Source: Sphagnum compactum (Eukaryota). Taken from it: DNA of 64,000 nt. Location of the stretch: positions 4,526,001-4,590,000 of the forward strand of contig OZ234493.1 in NCBI GenBank assembly GCA_965153455.1, in the 5' to 3' direction. This document shows positions 38,498 through 50,800 of this stretch, in pieces. The position numbers were made by a program, and so were the translations under genes. Numbering within the stretch: the first letter of the stretch is position 1; each line of letters opens with the position of its first letter. The notes under the pieces are model-generated. The model was given only the letters and a program-made list of their open reading frames with translations. It made no database searches and was not told where the DNA came from.

Positions 38498-39537
38498 AGC
38501 AGAGTTGGGATTTTTCCACTTTTTAGAAATAGTGACAGGTTGGCTGGTACGTTCTGCTGGTCATAAGATCCCAGTACAGCCTGGCTGGTACCTTCCACTG
38601 CAGAAGATCCCACTTGCTGAAAACAGGTTTCTTCAGGCAGGTAAGGGAGCAAAGGAAAAATCCAAGCATAGCTTTACGTATATTGAAGGCCCTACCACTA
38701 AATCATTGGGCTGTTTGCACCATTACAACTAAACCCAAAGTTATCGATTTCAAATTGACATGCTAGAGACACTTAGTTCAATGGGTTGCTACATTGTGGA
38801 CCTTGGTGTTTTGAGGCTACTTGTATGTGCCTTGCTGAATGATGCACTCATACATTGACAATTATATGACTACTATGTTCCATTTGAGGATATGATACAA
38901 TTCAGCATCCTCAAAGCACAACAATAAATGAAACCTTATTCCGTGGACCCATTCGTTTCAGCTTTCTTATCAACCCATTTGGACCACCAACCTAGCAAGA
39001 AATTTGAGGGAATAGGTATCAAGAATGAGAGCTCGAAACTTGACAAAAGAAAGATGTCAACTGCATGTGTGCAAGCAAAAAGGGGGGAAAAAAAGGGCAA
39101 GAAACATGAATGTACTAACAGAGAGAATTTCAATTATTGACCATATCATTGCAACACCAATAGAATTTACATGCAATAAGCAATCTGATTTTCTGTGTAG
39201 GCGTTGAGCAAACCCTACCAGTAATTTTTGGAAATTATTAATGCGGTAAACTTACATGTTCTTCAATTGGAAAACCAACTATCAATGTGGCATTGATTCA
39301 AATTTGAGATTGCATCTTGATAGGTGAAGGACACATGTTGCCATTTGCAATGGGTTGTTGGTAGATGTGAGGCAAAGTAAATCCTTTTGTTTTCTACAGA
39401 TGTTTCATGTGGAACAAATTATGCTTCAAATCAAGTTTGTAATTCAAGCTCAGTTCAAGCAAAGCATAAAATTTGGCACCCAAAAATCCCAAATTTGTTT
39501 TTAATAAAAAATCTTACAACAATTACCCTTTTTTGTT

Positions 39538-41431
39538 TTACACTCCAATCAAGTTGCAAAGGCGCAGAACTCCATATGTGATAAGCATTGCTATCCAGCC
39601 TCCTATTAGAACACGAAGAGCTGCTTTCACCATACCAGCACCACCCAGTTTCGCCCCAAGAGCTCCAAAACTTGAAAGTGCAAGAGAGGACGTTGCGACA
39701 ATGGAAATCATTCTGTAATTCTTGTTGGTAATGAAAGAACCTGCTAACAATGGTATGGCAGCACCCAAAGAAAAGGCAACTGCCGATGCCACGGCTGCTT
39801 GCATGGGATTGGAAAGCTCATCCATATCAATCCCCAGCTCATCCCGTGCATGTGCCCTAAGGGCATCACCATTTGTCAGTTCCTCAGCCACCTGAAGCAA
39901 CAAAGGTTTTGTTTTGTATCATTAGCCAAGCTTGAGCAACAAGCAGTCAGACAAAGGTTTTTTTTTTGTTTTGTATCAATAGCAAAGCTTTCAAACTTTC
40001 CAGTTGCTGCTGCAAACAACCCCATAAGGAAGTGCTGCTACAAATCTGTAAAACATTGTCCATAGCCCCCTGTCTGTACATTGTGATTCCATAGCCTGAA
40101 GGTTTGCAATAGTCAATGGTTTATAGCAGAATTGGTGAATCAAGTTCAGGGTTACAGCCCTAGCTCCCTTGTACAGGATACCACCATAGCCTGAAGTATT
40201 GCAAACCCTCAGGCAAGCTATGGCCATAACCCTTTCCAGTTGTTGTTGCAAACCAGCCGGAAGTGGCTGCTACAAACCTGTACAAACCCTTGTCCATAGC
40301 ACCCCCTGTCTGTCTGTACATGATTCCATAGCCTGATCAAGTTTGAAGGATTACATAGCTTGAAGGTTTGGAATGGAATCCTTCAAACTTTTAGGCTATG
40401 GTGGAATCATGTATGTATAGGGGGAGCTATGGCCTTAAGTAATTACCCTGAACTGTGATTCTCCAGTTTGTGCTGCAAACTCTTGACAAGATATCAGAGT
40501 ACAACATGGCACCATTTGAAGCAAATTGGGTTTACCTGCTTTGCAAGGCTGTAGGAGAGTCCTCGTCCAACATAGATTTGTGTCAGTTCTTCAAGTTCTC
40601 TGGCCTGAGCCTCTGGTCCTTTCATATGCTCCTGCATCATGTAATAACCGACTCAAAGAGTGAGAACAGATCAGAAAGGGGAAAAAAACAACTCTAGTTT
40701 GGGTCCTTCTGTGCAGGAACACATTGCGAGCGTTTTGTGACCCAAGTGCTCATGGCATCAAGGAAAGAAGACTCAAAGGAAAAGCTATGTTGGCTTTTCC
40801 CAAACCCATCTCAGTTTTCAAAGGTCTTCTTCGGGCCATGGCAATGATCATGTACAAATCTCAGAACAAAAACCCAAGATTCTATACTAGAGATGGTTTT
40901 GAAATTATTATTATTTTTAGCTACCTGCCGCTCCTTTTCAACATCTGCTAGCTCAGAATCTCGTTGCGAGAAGACAGACACAAACTCTCCAATGGCCATA
41001 CTGCAAGCTCCTGCAACTAGACCTGCTAGTCCACTCACGATCATAGACTTCACATCATTGTTCACTGCTCCAACTCCCAACATCAAAGAAGCAATGGAAA
41101 TCAATCCATCATTGGCACCCAATACCATGGCTCTCAGCCATGGTGATCGATGTGAGTAGTGCTTATGGTCACATGAAGAGGCAGATGGAGTGATCTGATC
41201 ATCAGATTCTTGTTCACTTGATCTTTCAACGCTGCTAATATTTGAAACAACAACACCACCTGCTGCTACTGCTGCTGCTGCTGCTGCTGAGTCCTCCTTA
41301 TTAGACTGATGTGTAGTTGCCGGTGCTTCAAGATCAACAAAAACACCTGAGTGTTGTCGACCATACCCATTTGTCTTCACAACATCTTCTACAACTCTCC
41401 CACGTGAAGCAGCTGCTTCTTCTTCACCCAT
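39538..41431 (-). CDS. VIT1/CCC1-family vacuolar iron transporter (VTL/nodulin-21-like), 3 coding exons (41431-40925, 40631-40536, 39891-39538), 318 aa
   Basis: HYSHRSPWLRAMVLGANDGLISIASLMLGVGAV...AGACSMAIGEFVSVFSQRD. Exon 2 encodes EHMKGPEAQARELEELTQIYVGRGLSYSLAKQ. Exon 3 encodes VAEEL..AHARDELGID..NPMQAAVASAVAFSLGAAIPLL..RVLIGGWIAMLITY. Both introns are GT-AG, phase 0. Probable 5'UTR intron ~41458-41602. Confidence 0.93.
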
Positions 41432-42030
41432 TTAATTTCTTTTGCACCTTTCAAAACCTGAATACCTATTGAAACTTTCCCAAAAGATTTAGATCGATAG
41501 AGTTGTCAAAAAAAGAAATTCAAGAATCCTTTTCTCAAAGAATAATGTATCAACAACAACAACAACAACAAGAAGGATCCTCCACATTAACAAGAAGGAT
41601 ACCTTCACATCCAAAAGAAGAGAATAAAAACTTGACACAACACACACACACTAGAAAGATGAATGGGTTGCAATAAAAGTAATAGAAAAGATATTAAAAC
41701 GGAGGTCAAACAAAACAAGAGCTTCCAAATACCCCAAGACAAAACAAAAGCAAAACACAAAACACAAAACAAAAAGAACACACAAAACACAAAACCAACT
41801 ATGCCAGAGAAGAAGAAAACACAAAGCAATTTCAAGGAGAAGGAGGATGAGGAGGAGGAGGAGGAGGAGCTGACGAAGATCAGTAGTGTAGATCCAAAAA
41901 GAAAAAAAGAAAAAGAAAAAAGAAGAAAGAAAAAGAAAAAATCACAGCGCAGCGAGAGAGACAGCGAGCGCGCGGCGAGGGTTGGGGGAAAAAGGGCAGA
42001 GCGCCTGTGTGCTAAGCACGCGCTGACTCT

Positions 42031-42038
42031 CACGTGGC
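42031..42038. promoter_or_regulatory. G-box/ABRE-like element (CACGTGGC) upstream of the VIT gene
   Basis: CACGTGGC followed by GACGTC lies in the GC-rich region just upstream of the CT-rich putative 5'UTR of the minus-strand VIT gene. Confidence 0.35.
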
Positions 42039-42309
42039 GACGTCTGCAGGCTTTTCCTTTGCCCACAGAGGTTCCGGCAGATTTGAACCGCCCGATTCCC
42101 CATCTCAGCAAACCAACGGCCACAAGTGTGACAAAACTGAATAACTAGGCATGTGCTGAGCTCGCGCCCCACGCAACCCTAATAAAGCTCCAATCTAACC
42201 TTTTCCCCCCCTTTTACTTTTTACTTTTAAAAAAATAGTAATTTATTTTAAATTTATTTTTGAACCCTTTTCACACAATACACTTGGCTTTTGAACCGCT
42301 CATTTTGAG

Positions 42310-42780
42310 TAACTAGCTACCTCAAAGGTGGTACACACCTATCTAGTAAGTACCTATTTACCTACCTACCTACCTACCTACCTAGCTAGTTGGCTTACCC
42401 CAAACTTCAAAGGTGTGACACCTTAGCTAGTAGGTACCAACCTATCTAGTTGGCTACCCCAAAGGTGCAACACCTATCTAGTAAGTACCAACCTCACAAA
42501 TGCCCTATCTAGTTGGCTACTCCAAAGGTGTGACACCTATCTAGTAAGTACCTACTACCTAGTAGGGGATATTCCAAAGGTAGGATACCTAGTAGTCCAT
42601 AGGTACCTAGTAGGATATGTATCTAGCAAGTACCTACCTACCTAGTAGCTATCCCAAAGGTAGTACACCTATCTAGTAAGTACCTAGTAAAGGTGCAGCA
42701 GCACTTGTCTAGTAATTACCTTAGTAGGCAACACCCAAAGGTGGGACACCTATGGGGTTTTAGGGTTTAGGGTTTTGGGA
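42310..42780. repeat. Array of ~8 degenerate units CCAAAGGTG-NNN-CACCTATCTAGTAAGTACC ending in telomere-like TTTAGGG repeats
   Basis: Units start near 42322, 42408, 42459, 42522, 42574, 42654, 42689 and 42735. GGGGTTTTAGGGTTTAGGGTTTT follows at 42754-42776. Confidence 0.7.
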
Positions 42781-43705
42781 TGCGGCCCTAGGGTGCACCA
42801 ATTAGGGTTTTTTTTTAATTGTTAATTTTTTCAATTGGTGATGTAGCCAAACTAGTGATCATCATCCACAACAAGATTTTAGCCAAAATTTAGTTACCGA
42901 CCAAAATATGGAAGTAAATTTTTTGGAAGAACCCTCTTTATGTTTTGGCTACCTGCTGTAGAAATCTGGTGACTTTATTTTTTAAAAAAATTCAAATCTG
43001 GAAAATTAAAAGGGGGGACATTCCCAGACTAAGGACCTTGGCCACTTTGACACAAGTTTGTCAAATAATTAATTAATTAATTATGAGGATTCCCATTTTG
43101 ACAAATGATACATTCCCAAATATTGCATCAGATTCTTTAATTTTCATTTTCAGAAAAAATATCTCTGGGAAAATACTAATAATAATAATAATAATTTGAA
43201 AATTTTAATATTTCTGAAAAAAATATATTTTTTAAATTGGTGTTGGACTAGCCTAGCCCATGTAGCCTACTATGGTAAACAAGTAAAGTGAGTCTTGAGA
43301 ACAAAATTCAAGTTGCTACCTATGCACCTTGCTCAATGCTTTTTCTATCATCATCATCATCATCATAGCTCCATAAATCTGGATGGAACATACTTAGTTA
43401 GTCACATTGGGGTGTGTGTGTTTTTTTTGGTGTGTGTGTGTGTAAACCCTACACACCTTAGGGTCCACATAAGGCGTGTAATACATTACTTGACATGCGC
43501 CTTGTCACACCACATCCAACTTACTACATGCCATGTTTTGTGTCAAGGAGAATCATGGTCACTTGTGCTTGTGATTTTTGTGCACTTGTCTTTATATGAG
43601 GAGGGTGGGAAGGAGGGCATATATTAGTGGAGAATCTCTCATGGCAAAGCAATTCTAGGGTTTAGGGTTTATGGCAAAGCAATTCTAGGTTTCACCCTTT
43701 GGAGG

Positions 43706-43746
<41 letters not shown>

Positions 43747-44094
43747 TCCTAATAATTCACCTAGTTGTTAGGTTCACTATAATAGAAAAAAACAAAAGTA
43801 ATCTAGGCCCTACACAAATGCTCCATCCTAGACTAGCATTGGCCTATTTAAACTATTTATGGCTTTTACAAAGTTGATGAATGATGGATGAATGATGGAT
43901 GATATTAGTTGCAAAAGTTTTGTTGGTCTCCTCCTCACTAAATCCTTTTCTAAAAAGAATCAACACAAACAATAATAATATGTTGGCTTGTTTGTATATG
44001 TTTCTCACACTGAAGGGTCATGACTTGTGACCATGATTTCAAAGAAGATAGAGAGAGAGAGAGTGTGTGTGTGATATATATATATATAGAGGGA

Positions 44095-44700
44095 TTCAAA
44101 AATGTCCTTTGAAAATTGCATTTAAAAAAATCGATCTTCAGTATTTTACTTGGGGAAAATTTTCCTTTTTTTTTGCCTGAAAAATATGGTTTTGACATAT
44201 GCAAAGGATTTTTTTTGTGAAAAAATGTCCCTAAATTGCCAGATTTAAATTTTTTTTTGTGGGTAAAATGCCAGATTTCTACAACAGGTTCCAGCAGGTA
44301 GCCAAAATATAAAAGGATTCTTAATTTTTTCTACTTTCATATCTGGTCTATATATAGCCAAACTTGGCAAAATCTTCTTGAAGCTGAATTGCCAGTTTGG
44401 CTACATCTTTAAAATTGGGAAAAGAAAACCCCTGTTTACATCATCTGATTTTGACCTATAAAAAGGTTTTTTCATGGAAAAAATGACCCAAATTTGCCAG
44501 ATTTTCGAGGATTTTGTTTTCTTTTTCTTTTCCATATTGCCAGATTTTTATGATAAGTTTCAGTAGGTAGTAGCCAAGAATATAAAAATATTTTAATTTT
44601 TTTTCTACTTCTGTATCTAGTATGTAGCCAAATTTGGCTAAATTATTTTGCAAATGATCATCACTTTGGCTACATAAAAAAATCCTTAAAAGAAACCCCA
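44095..44700. repeat. Two tandem copies of a dispersed non-coding repeat family (related copies ~5260-5490, ~26070-26250, ~42830-43000, ~45360-45500)
   Basis: Shared motifs TTGCCAGATTT, GTAGCCAAAATATAAAA, TTTTTCTACTT, GTAGCCAAATTTGGCTA and TTTGGCTACAT occur in each copy, in either orientation. Confidence 0.6.
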
Positions 44701-47700
44701 GTGTACTGGGTGCATAGTCCTTCAAAATGTATGAAAAGCCCCAAGAAAACAGAAGACTCGAAAAAGTTTTGAATTTCTGAAATTTGATAATTAATTAATT
44801 ATTTATCTATGCCATTCACCTCACTTGGTTCCCCTAATCAATGTTTTTTTCCTCACAAATTTTGTCAGTTTTTAACCCCCAAAAATGGGAATTTCTGATT
44901 TTATGGTGTAAAGTGTAAACTTGACTAACTTTGCTCATTTTTGAGGGGAAAAATCAATCAAATTTTGATGTGAAAGACACTACCCTACCCCTAATGTGAC
45001 AAGGGTTTTTAGAATTTAAATATACTACCAAATTCATAGAAAAAACTTAAATCTGAAAAACCTATAGTCAAAGCAAGGGCACAATATTCAAACTTGCAAA
45101 TTTTGGTGTTTATTTTGAACTTTGCATTTGAACAAAATCTATCGGTTTGACATATATATTAGTATAATGGACAAATACAATTAAGGTGGAGATTTTTAAT
45201 TGGATGGACACTTCTCATAACACCAAAAGCCATGTCAAGGCAAAACATTCCACTATCGATTTTCAATATGAACTTTGGCGAATTAATTACAATTGACAAG
45301 ACATGTTGGTCCAACACATCTGCATGACATGGTAATGTGTACACATAACATGAACAATGTTTCCTTTTGGGCGAATTTTGCATTTTTTACTTGAAAAAAG
45401 ATTATTTTGACACATGAACAGGATTTTTATGAAAAAAATGGCCCTCGTTCGTCATATTTCAAAATTTTAAATCACCATAATTTCTACAAGGGTGGAAGCA
45501 TGGTAAATATTACAAAAAGTAAATATTCCCACTTTTATTTCACATCATACATTAAAGTATAATAAAATATTGAAATGAATCGAAGTAAACCTCCTTCGAT
45601 GCCCTCTATTGAACTTATAGGAAAATACACTTTCAAAAAACTAAGAGCAAATGAATTATGAAAATACCAAAAAAAAAATCTCCTAAACTAGATGATAAAT
45701 TCATTTCAAGAGCTTTCAACACAAAATATTCAATAAAATATACATACATATTAAGTTAATATTTTTAAAAGCACCATAACATATATATTCTATTGTACAT
45801 TTGTTTGAACATACATACTTTAACACATATCTTACAAAAGTTCATACGACAAAAAAATTTTCACAATTACCTACATTTCAAACAAGTAAATTATTGAAAT
45901 AAATTGGATTTGGAAAACTAATACACACTAGTGAAAAAATATCTTGTCTTTAATCATTAAAGTAAGCATTTAATGTATAATAATATTATGATGGCATTAA
46001 TTGCTACTACACATATATTTACATCCAACCTTGACAAGGTTACTTTTTATCTATTTTGTTATGTTTGCAGTCACAACTCGAGTTTTGACAAATGATCAAA
46101 ACTATATATGATTTTTTAAAATATATTTTTATATGTAATTTATATTCAAATTTTGTTCAATCTCATTGTTAGTGATTACCAATTTGGCTATATCGCAAAT
46201 TGAAAACTATTTATTTTTTAAAAACCCTAATAATGAACTTCATGCACCTCAAGTTGATTCATTGTGCCTAAAATCTAAATCTATGAATATTCATACAATT
46301 GCATGGCATAAGTGATGCATCCTATTCAATTACATAACTACAAGAACATTGATTTATCATTACATTCATACGATTACATAACATAAACTTGTTTTTATTG
46401 TCATGTAGTCGAATACAACCCATTGTTTGTGCAATGTAGTTGTATGAATGCAATCGTATATCCATTTTTTGGCATAGCGATTCAAAAATTCATGCAAATC
46501 ACATCACATATTTCGTAGTTAAATAAGTGCAAGAAAATTATGAGTGAATTGGAAAATAGATTCTACTTGTAATAAGTTGTATAAGTTGTTTGTAAAAAAA
46601 TTCATGATTGGGACTTACATTGATTTTATCATGATGATAATACATCAAAGCTAGTTTAGGGATAACAGCTTTATGTTCCAATGGACATCTCAAATTTTCT
46701 AGACAATTTTCCAAGAAGATGATTCTCACATGGATTCTTTCAAAAAAAGAATTATGGAAATAAAGTTTTAATTGATGCATTTTCATCACAAAACTCGAAC
46801 AATGCATTGAACATCTCAAATGTACATGATATTTTCCCTCCAAAACCAAGATTTTTGCACATAAAAAGAATTCAGATGGAATAGGAAAGAATTTATTCTT
46901 CCTTCCTCATAGTATGGAAAACACCAACAAGAAGTTTTCATTGCTAACTAGCAAAACAAAGCTTCCACGACTACAACTTGTAGATTCTAGACCTATGGTG
47001 TTTTTGGAAGAATTTGTTGATGGTTGAGGATCCAATTCATAACTTTCATGAAAATTCAAAAATCTCATACAACTTATAAAAGTTGAAACCCAAAGGCATT
47101 TGAGTTCGAAGGAACCCAATAAGTTCATGAAGATTTTGATAGAAACATTGTAATGCAAGAAACAAGAGACAAAATTAATTTTCTTGGATTCTCATAAGGA
47201 AGAATGTAGTGGCTTTGGATATAGCTCTAAAAACATGTGGACCTTATTGGTTGGGATGTGTGGTGGCTATTTGTTCTTCACTCTTGGCCAAATATTTCTT
47301 GCAAATTACTAAGCAATTTTATGTGGTGTGTGTGCAAAATGCACTTAATAGTTTATTGATGACACATGGAAATCAACACCAAGTTCTTGATAGGAATGAT
47401 GTCCTTAAATTGAAATATTGGTCAAGGAAAGTTCATACCTCCACGGCTATGTGCATGACCACACAATTTTGATAAGGACCATGCAATGGTGAACAATAAA
47501 AGAGAGACATTAATGAAAATTTGGGTTAAACATTTGCACCACCACATGGTGAATTTAAAAATATATGCAACTATTTAGGAGGTTTCCCATTTACATTTGA
47601 TGGAGTGCAAGGTTTTCCCATTCACCAATATATTTTCCAACAATGTTGGAAGGAATAAAATTTCAATTAAACATGTAGGGGTTTTTTACATAAACCACAA

Positions 47701-47849
47701 TTCATCAAGGTGCATGACATGAAACAATGCATTGATATTGTGTGTTGAAAACACATTTCACACATGGATTTATAGGAATATGTGAAATTTGAGTGACATT
47801 TGTTCATTCATATGATCATATTTCATTTGTCGACACATTTATCAATGTG

Positions 47850-50800
47850 TCAAATTTGTTTGTGAGATGTAATTACTTTCACAATACTACAAAATATTGT
47901 AGTAAATTCTAACTATTCTATTTTGTTGGGCAAACCTTGTTCAAGGGATGCAAAGGTTTCCCCTAATTGAAGAAACAACCTTGTGACAATCAAGGATATA
48001 ATATTATTAAAACAATTACAATAACCAAACATTTGGGCAATGATATTAAGCGACCAAAAATAATAGTGTGCTATGATTTCCAACAAAGAATTACAAATGA
48101 AAAGAGGACATAATGTTTATGGCAAAGTTGAAACTATTTTTTATTTGCACAATTGTACAACTTGAGGTCTTAGTACTGTTGTTCATTATAGATTCAATAA
48201 TAGGTATTGCAACAAATATGGAAAAGTTGCAAGTAATGAATTAAGGAACAATTACCTTAAAACATGGAAACCACAAAAAAAAATGTACCCATTAGCATTC
48301 ACTGATGAGCTGTTCAACATTGTAGTAGATCATGAGGCTTATTTGCTTTTGGAAGGGTACTATGAGTATCATAAAATATCCATGGCTCCATACTATGAAT
48401 TCCTAATATTACAAAGTTGTAATAGAAACCATGCAGAAATTGTAAAATAATATGTCCGTACAAAATTTAGGGGCTTCAAAGTGTAAAAATATATATGATT
48501 GTTATATAAATGATGTGTCTTTTTTACTTATGATTTTTGTTGTGAATTACATACAATTTATATTTTAACTAAATTTGTGTAATTATAATGATGTAATTTT
48601 GCATAAAACTATGTGATTTTTGTGTATTAAACATGAACATTCATGTATGTCATTCAAAAATAATGTCTCATCCATTTGAATATTTAAGATATTGAATACT
48701 TACAAATATCATTCATACTAACCATAACATGGAATTCATGTGATTTTTGTACAAACCTATGAAAACCAAATTTGTAAGAACTATGAAACATGGTAAGTTT
48801 GTGATGCAAATCCTAAGTATGAAACTTTTTTTGTAATTTGTTGGTGAACATTTGTATGCCAAGTAATGCCCTTTGGCATGAAGAATGGACTTCCAACATA
48901 CCAATTGGTAGGCAACAAAACATTCATGATAACCTTTTTAGATGAACTTATAGTGTACAATGACCTAATGAAATTCCCTTGTTTAAACTGAAAATATGCT
49001 TCCAAAAGTGTAGGGTGTATGCCAATGGTATTAACTTGAATATTGATAAATGTGATTTCATTGTCTTTTTGGGAATAATTTTGGGATTTGTAATTTTCAA
49101 GGAAAGGAAAACCACTTGATCCTAAAAAGACGTATGTAAACATAAACATGCCAATTTTGATAAACCCACAACAAATACAAATGTTTAACAATATGGCATA
49201 GGTCGACAAATGTTTCATCAATAATTTCGGGTTCATAATGGCATTTATAAACCAAATTGATGAAGAAGATATAATCATTCATATGTATTTTAAAATGGTA
49301 ACATGCATGGGATATGATCAAAAAACGGTACATTGAAGGGTTGATATTGATTTCACCCAAGTAACAAATAACACAAATATGCTTATTTACTGGCAATAAT
49401 GCCAATGATGGCATATAATTTAATAGGCAAAAATTACCAATTTGTATTCTATGCATCTCAGTTGTTAAATAAAATAAAATAAAATAATACCACCACATAA
49501 GGAGAAACTATAGCAATGGTTTTTGTTTTACACAAATTTGGACATTGCATGTTAGGTAATAAATATATTTTTTATGTAGACCACATGCCATTAATTTACC
49601 TAATGAACAAGACATAGGTGTTTAGGTGGATAACAAGATGGTTGTTGCCATTTTTGGAGTATGAATTTATTATAATCTACAAACTAAGAAGGACCCATGT
49701 AATGGTTTGATTGATGCATTGTCAAGGCTACTTGATACATAAAAATTAGTAGGTGTTCGAAACCAAACAATAAATGTTTACATTATTTATAATACAACCT
49801 ATATGGATCAAGGAAGTACAAGATTACTTACAATAAGACAATTTTCAAATAACTTCATGATAACACAAAAATATAGGGCCTTTCACCATTCAAAATAGAA
49901 TATTTTTCAAACAAGGATAACCAATAGGTTACAAAGATGTTTTATAGTAGAAGAGATACTTGTAGTACTCAATGAATTACGCGAGGGGATAATAAGTGGT
50001 CATTTGATACAAAAATTACAACAAAGAAGATCTTTTATTTAAGATATCACTAGGCTATATTGCTAAAAAATGTAATGGAATATCGCAAGGGGTGCAACAT
50101 GTGTTAAAAAGTAGGTGAATTGAAGACCATGAGTTTGGGAAAGTTGATGACAACATTACCAAAGAAGTTGTTTATGAAATGGGGGTTGGACTTTATGGGA
50201 TCCATCAAATTAGCTAATAGGTTTTTAGGTAATAAATACATATTAATGGCAATTGACAATACCATTAAGTGGGTGGAAACATGTGTGCATTTCAAACCAA
50301 AATTGCACTAGTACAATGAGGTTCATTTACAAGTGTATTTTAATTAGGTGTGGTTGTTTGTTAACATCAATTATAGATCATGGTGTGTAGTTCATTAATG
50401 ATGTTATCAAACACCTAATTAAACACTTCCCATTGAAGCATGTGAGTTCAACAATTTACTACCCATAGTGGAATGGACTTGCAAAGTAAACTAACAAGAT
50501 TATCAAAATGCTATTAATGAGTCTTGTGAGTGAAAATCATACAAATTGGGATGAACACATGTCAATAGTATTGTTTTTATACAAGATTACATACAAGGTT
50601 ATAATAGGGTATACACCATATCAATTGGCATTGGCATCAACAATATATGTTATGCCATTTTTCAATGGAAGACCATGGGATGCAAACCCAGTATGGGTAG
50701 TGACAAATCAACTACATAAATTCAAGAATATCATTTAAATGCATAAGAAAATGTCATTGGAGCTTAGTGGAACATGTACTTGTGGTTGTAACAATGTCAT

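Noticed and set aside
41605-42172. 161-172 aa ORFs upstream of the VIT gene
   Set aside because: They arise from CT/GA-rich low-complexity 5'UTR and promoter sequence (poly-F/S or poly-K/E) with no domain signal.
42310-42780. CRISPR-like palindromic repeats with spacers
   Set aside because: The spacers are low-complexity and related to each other, the repeats are degenerate and there are no cas genes. Kept only as a repeat array.
48713-49498. Minus-strand 133-165 aa ORFs
   Set aside because: Antisense to degenerate gypsy RT/RNase H with no independent protein signal.
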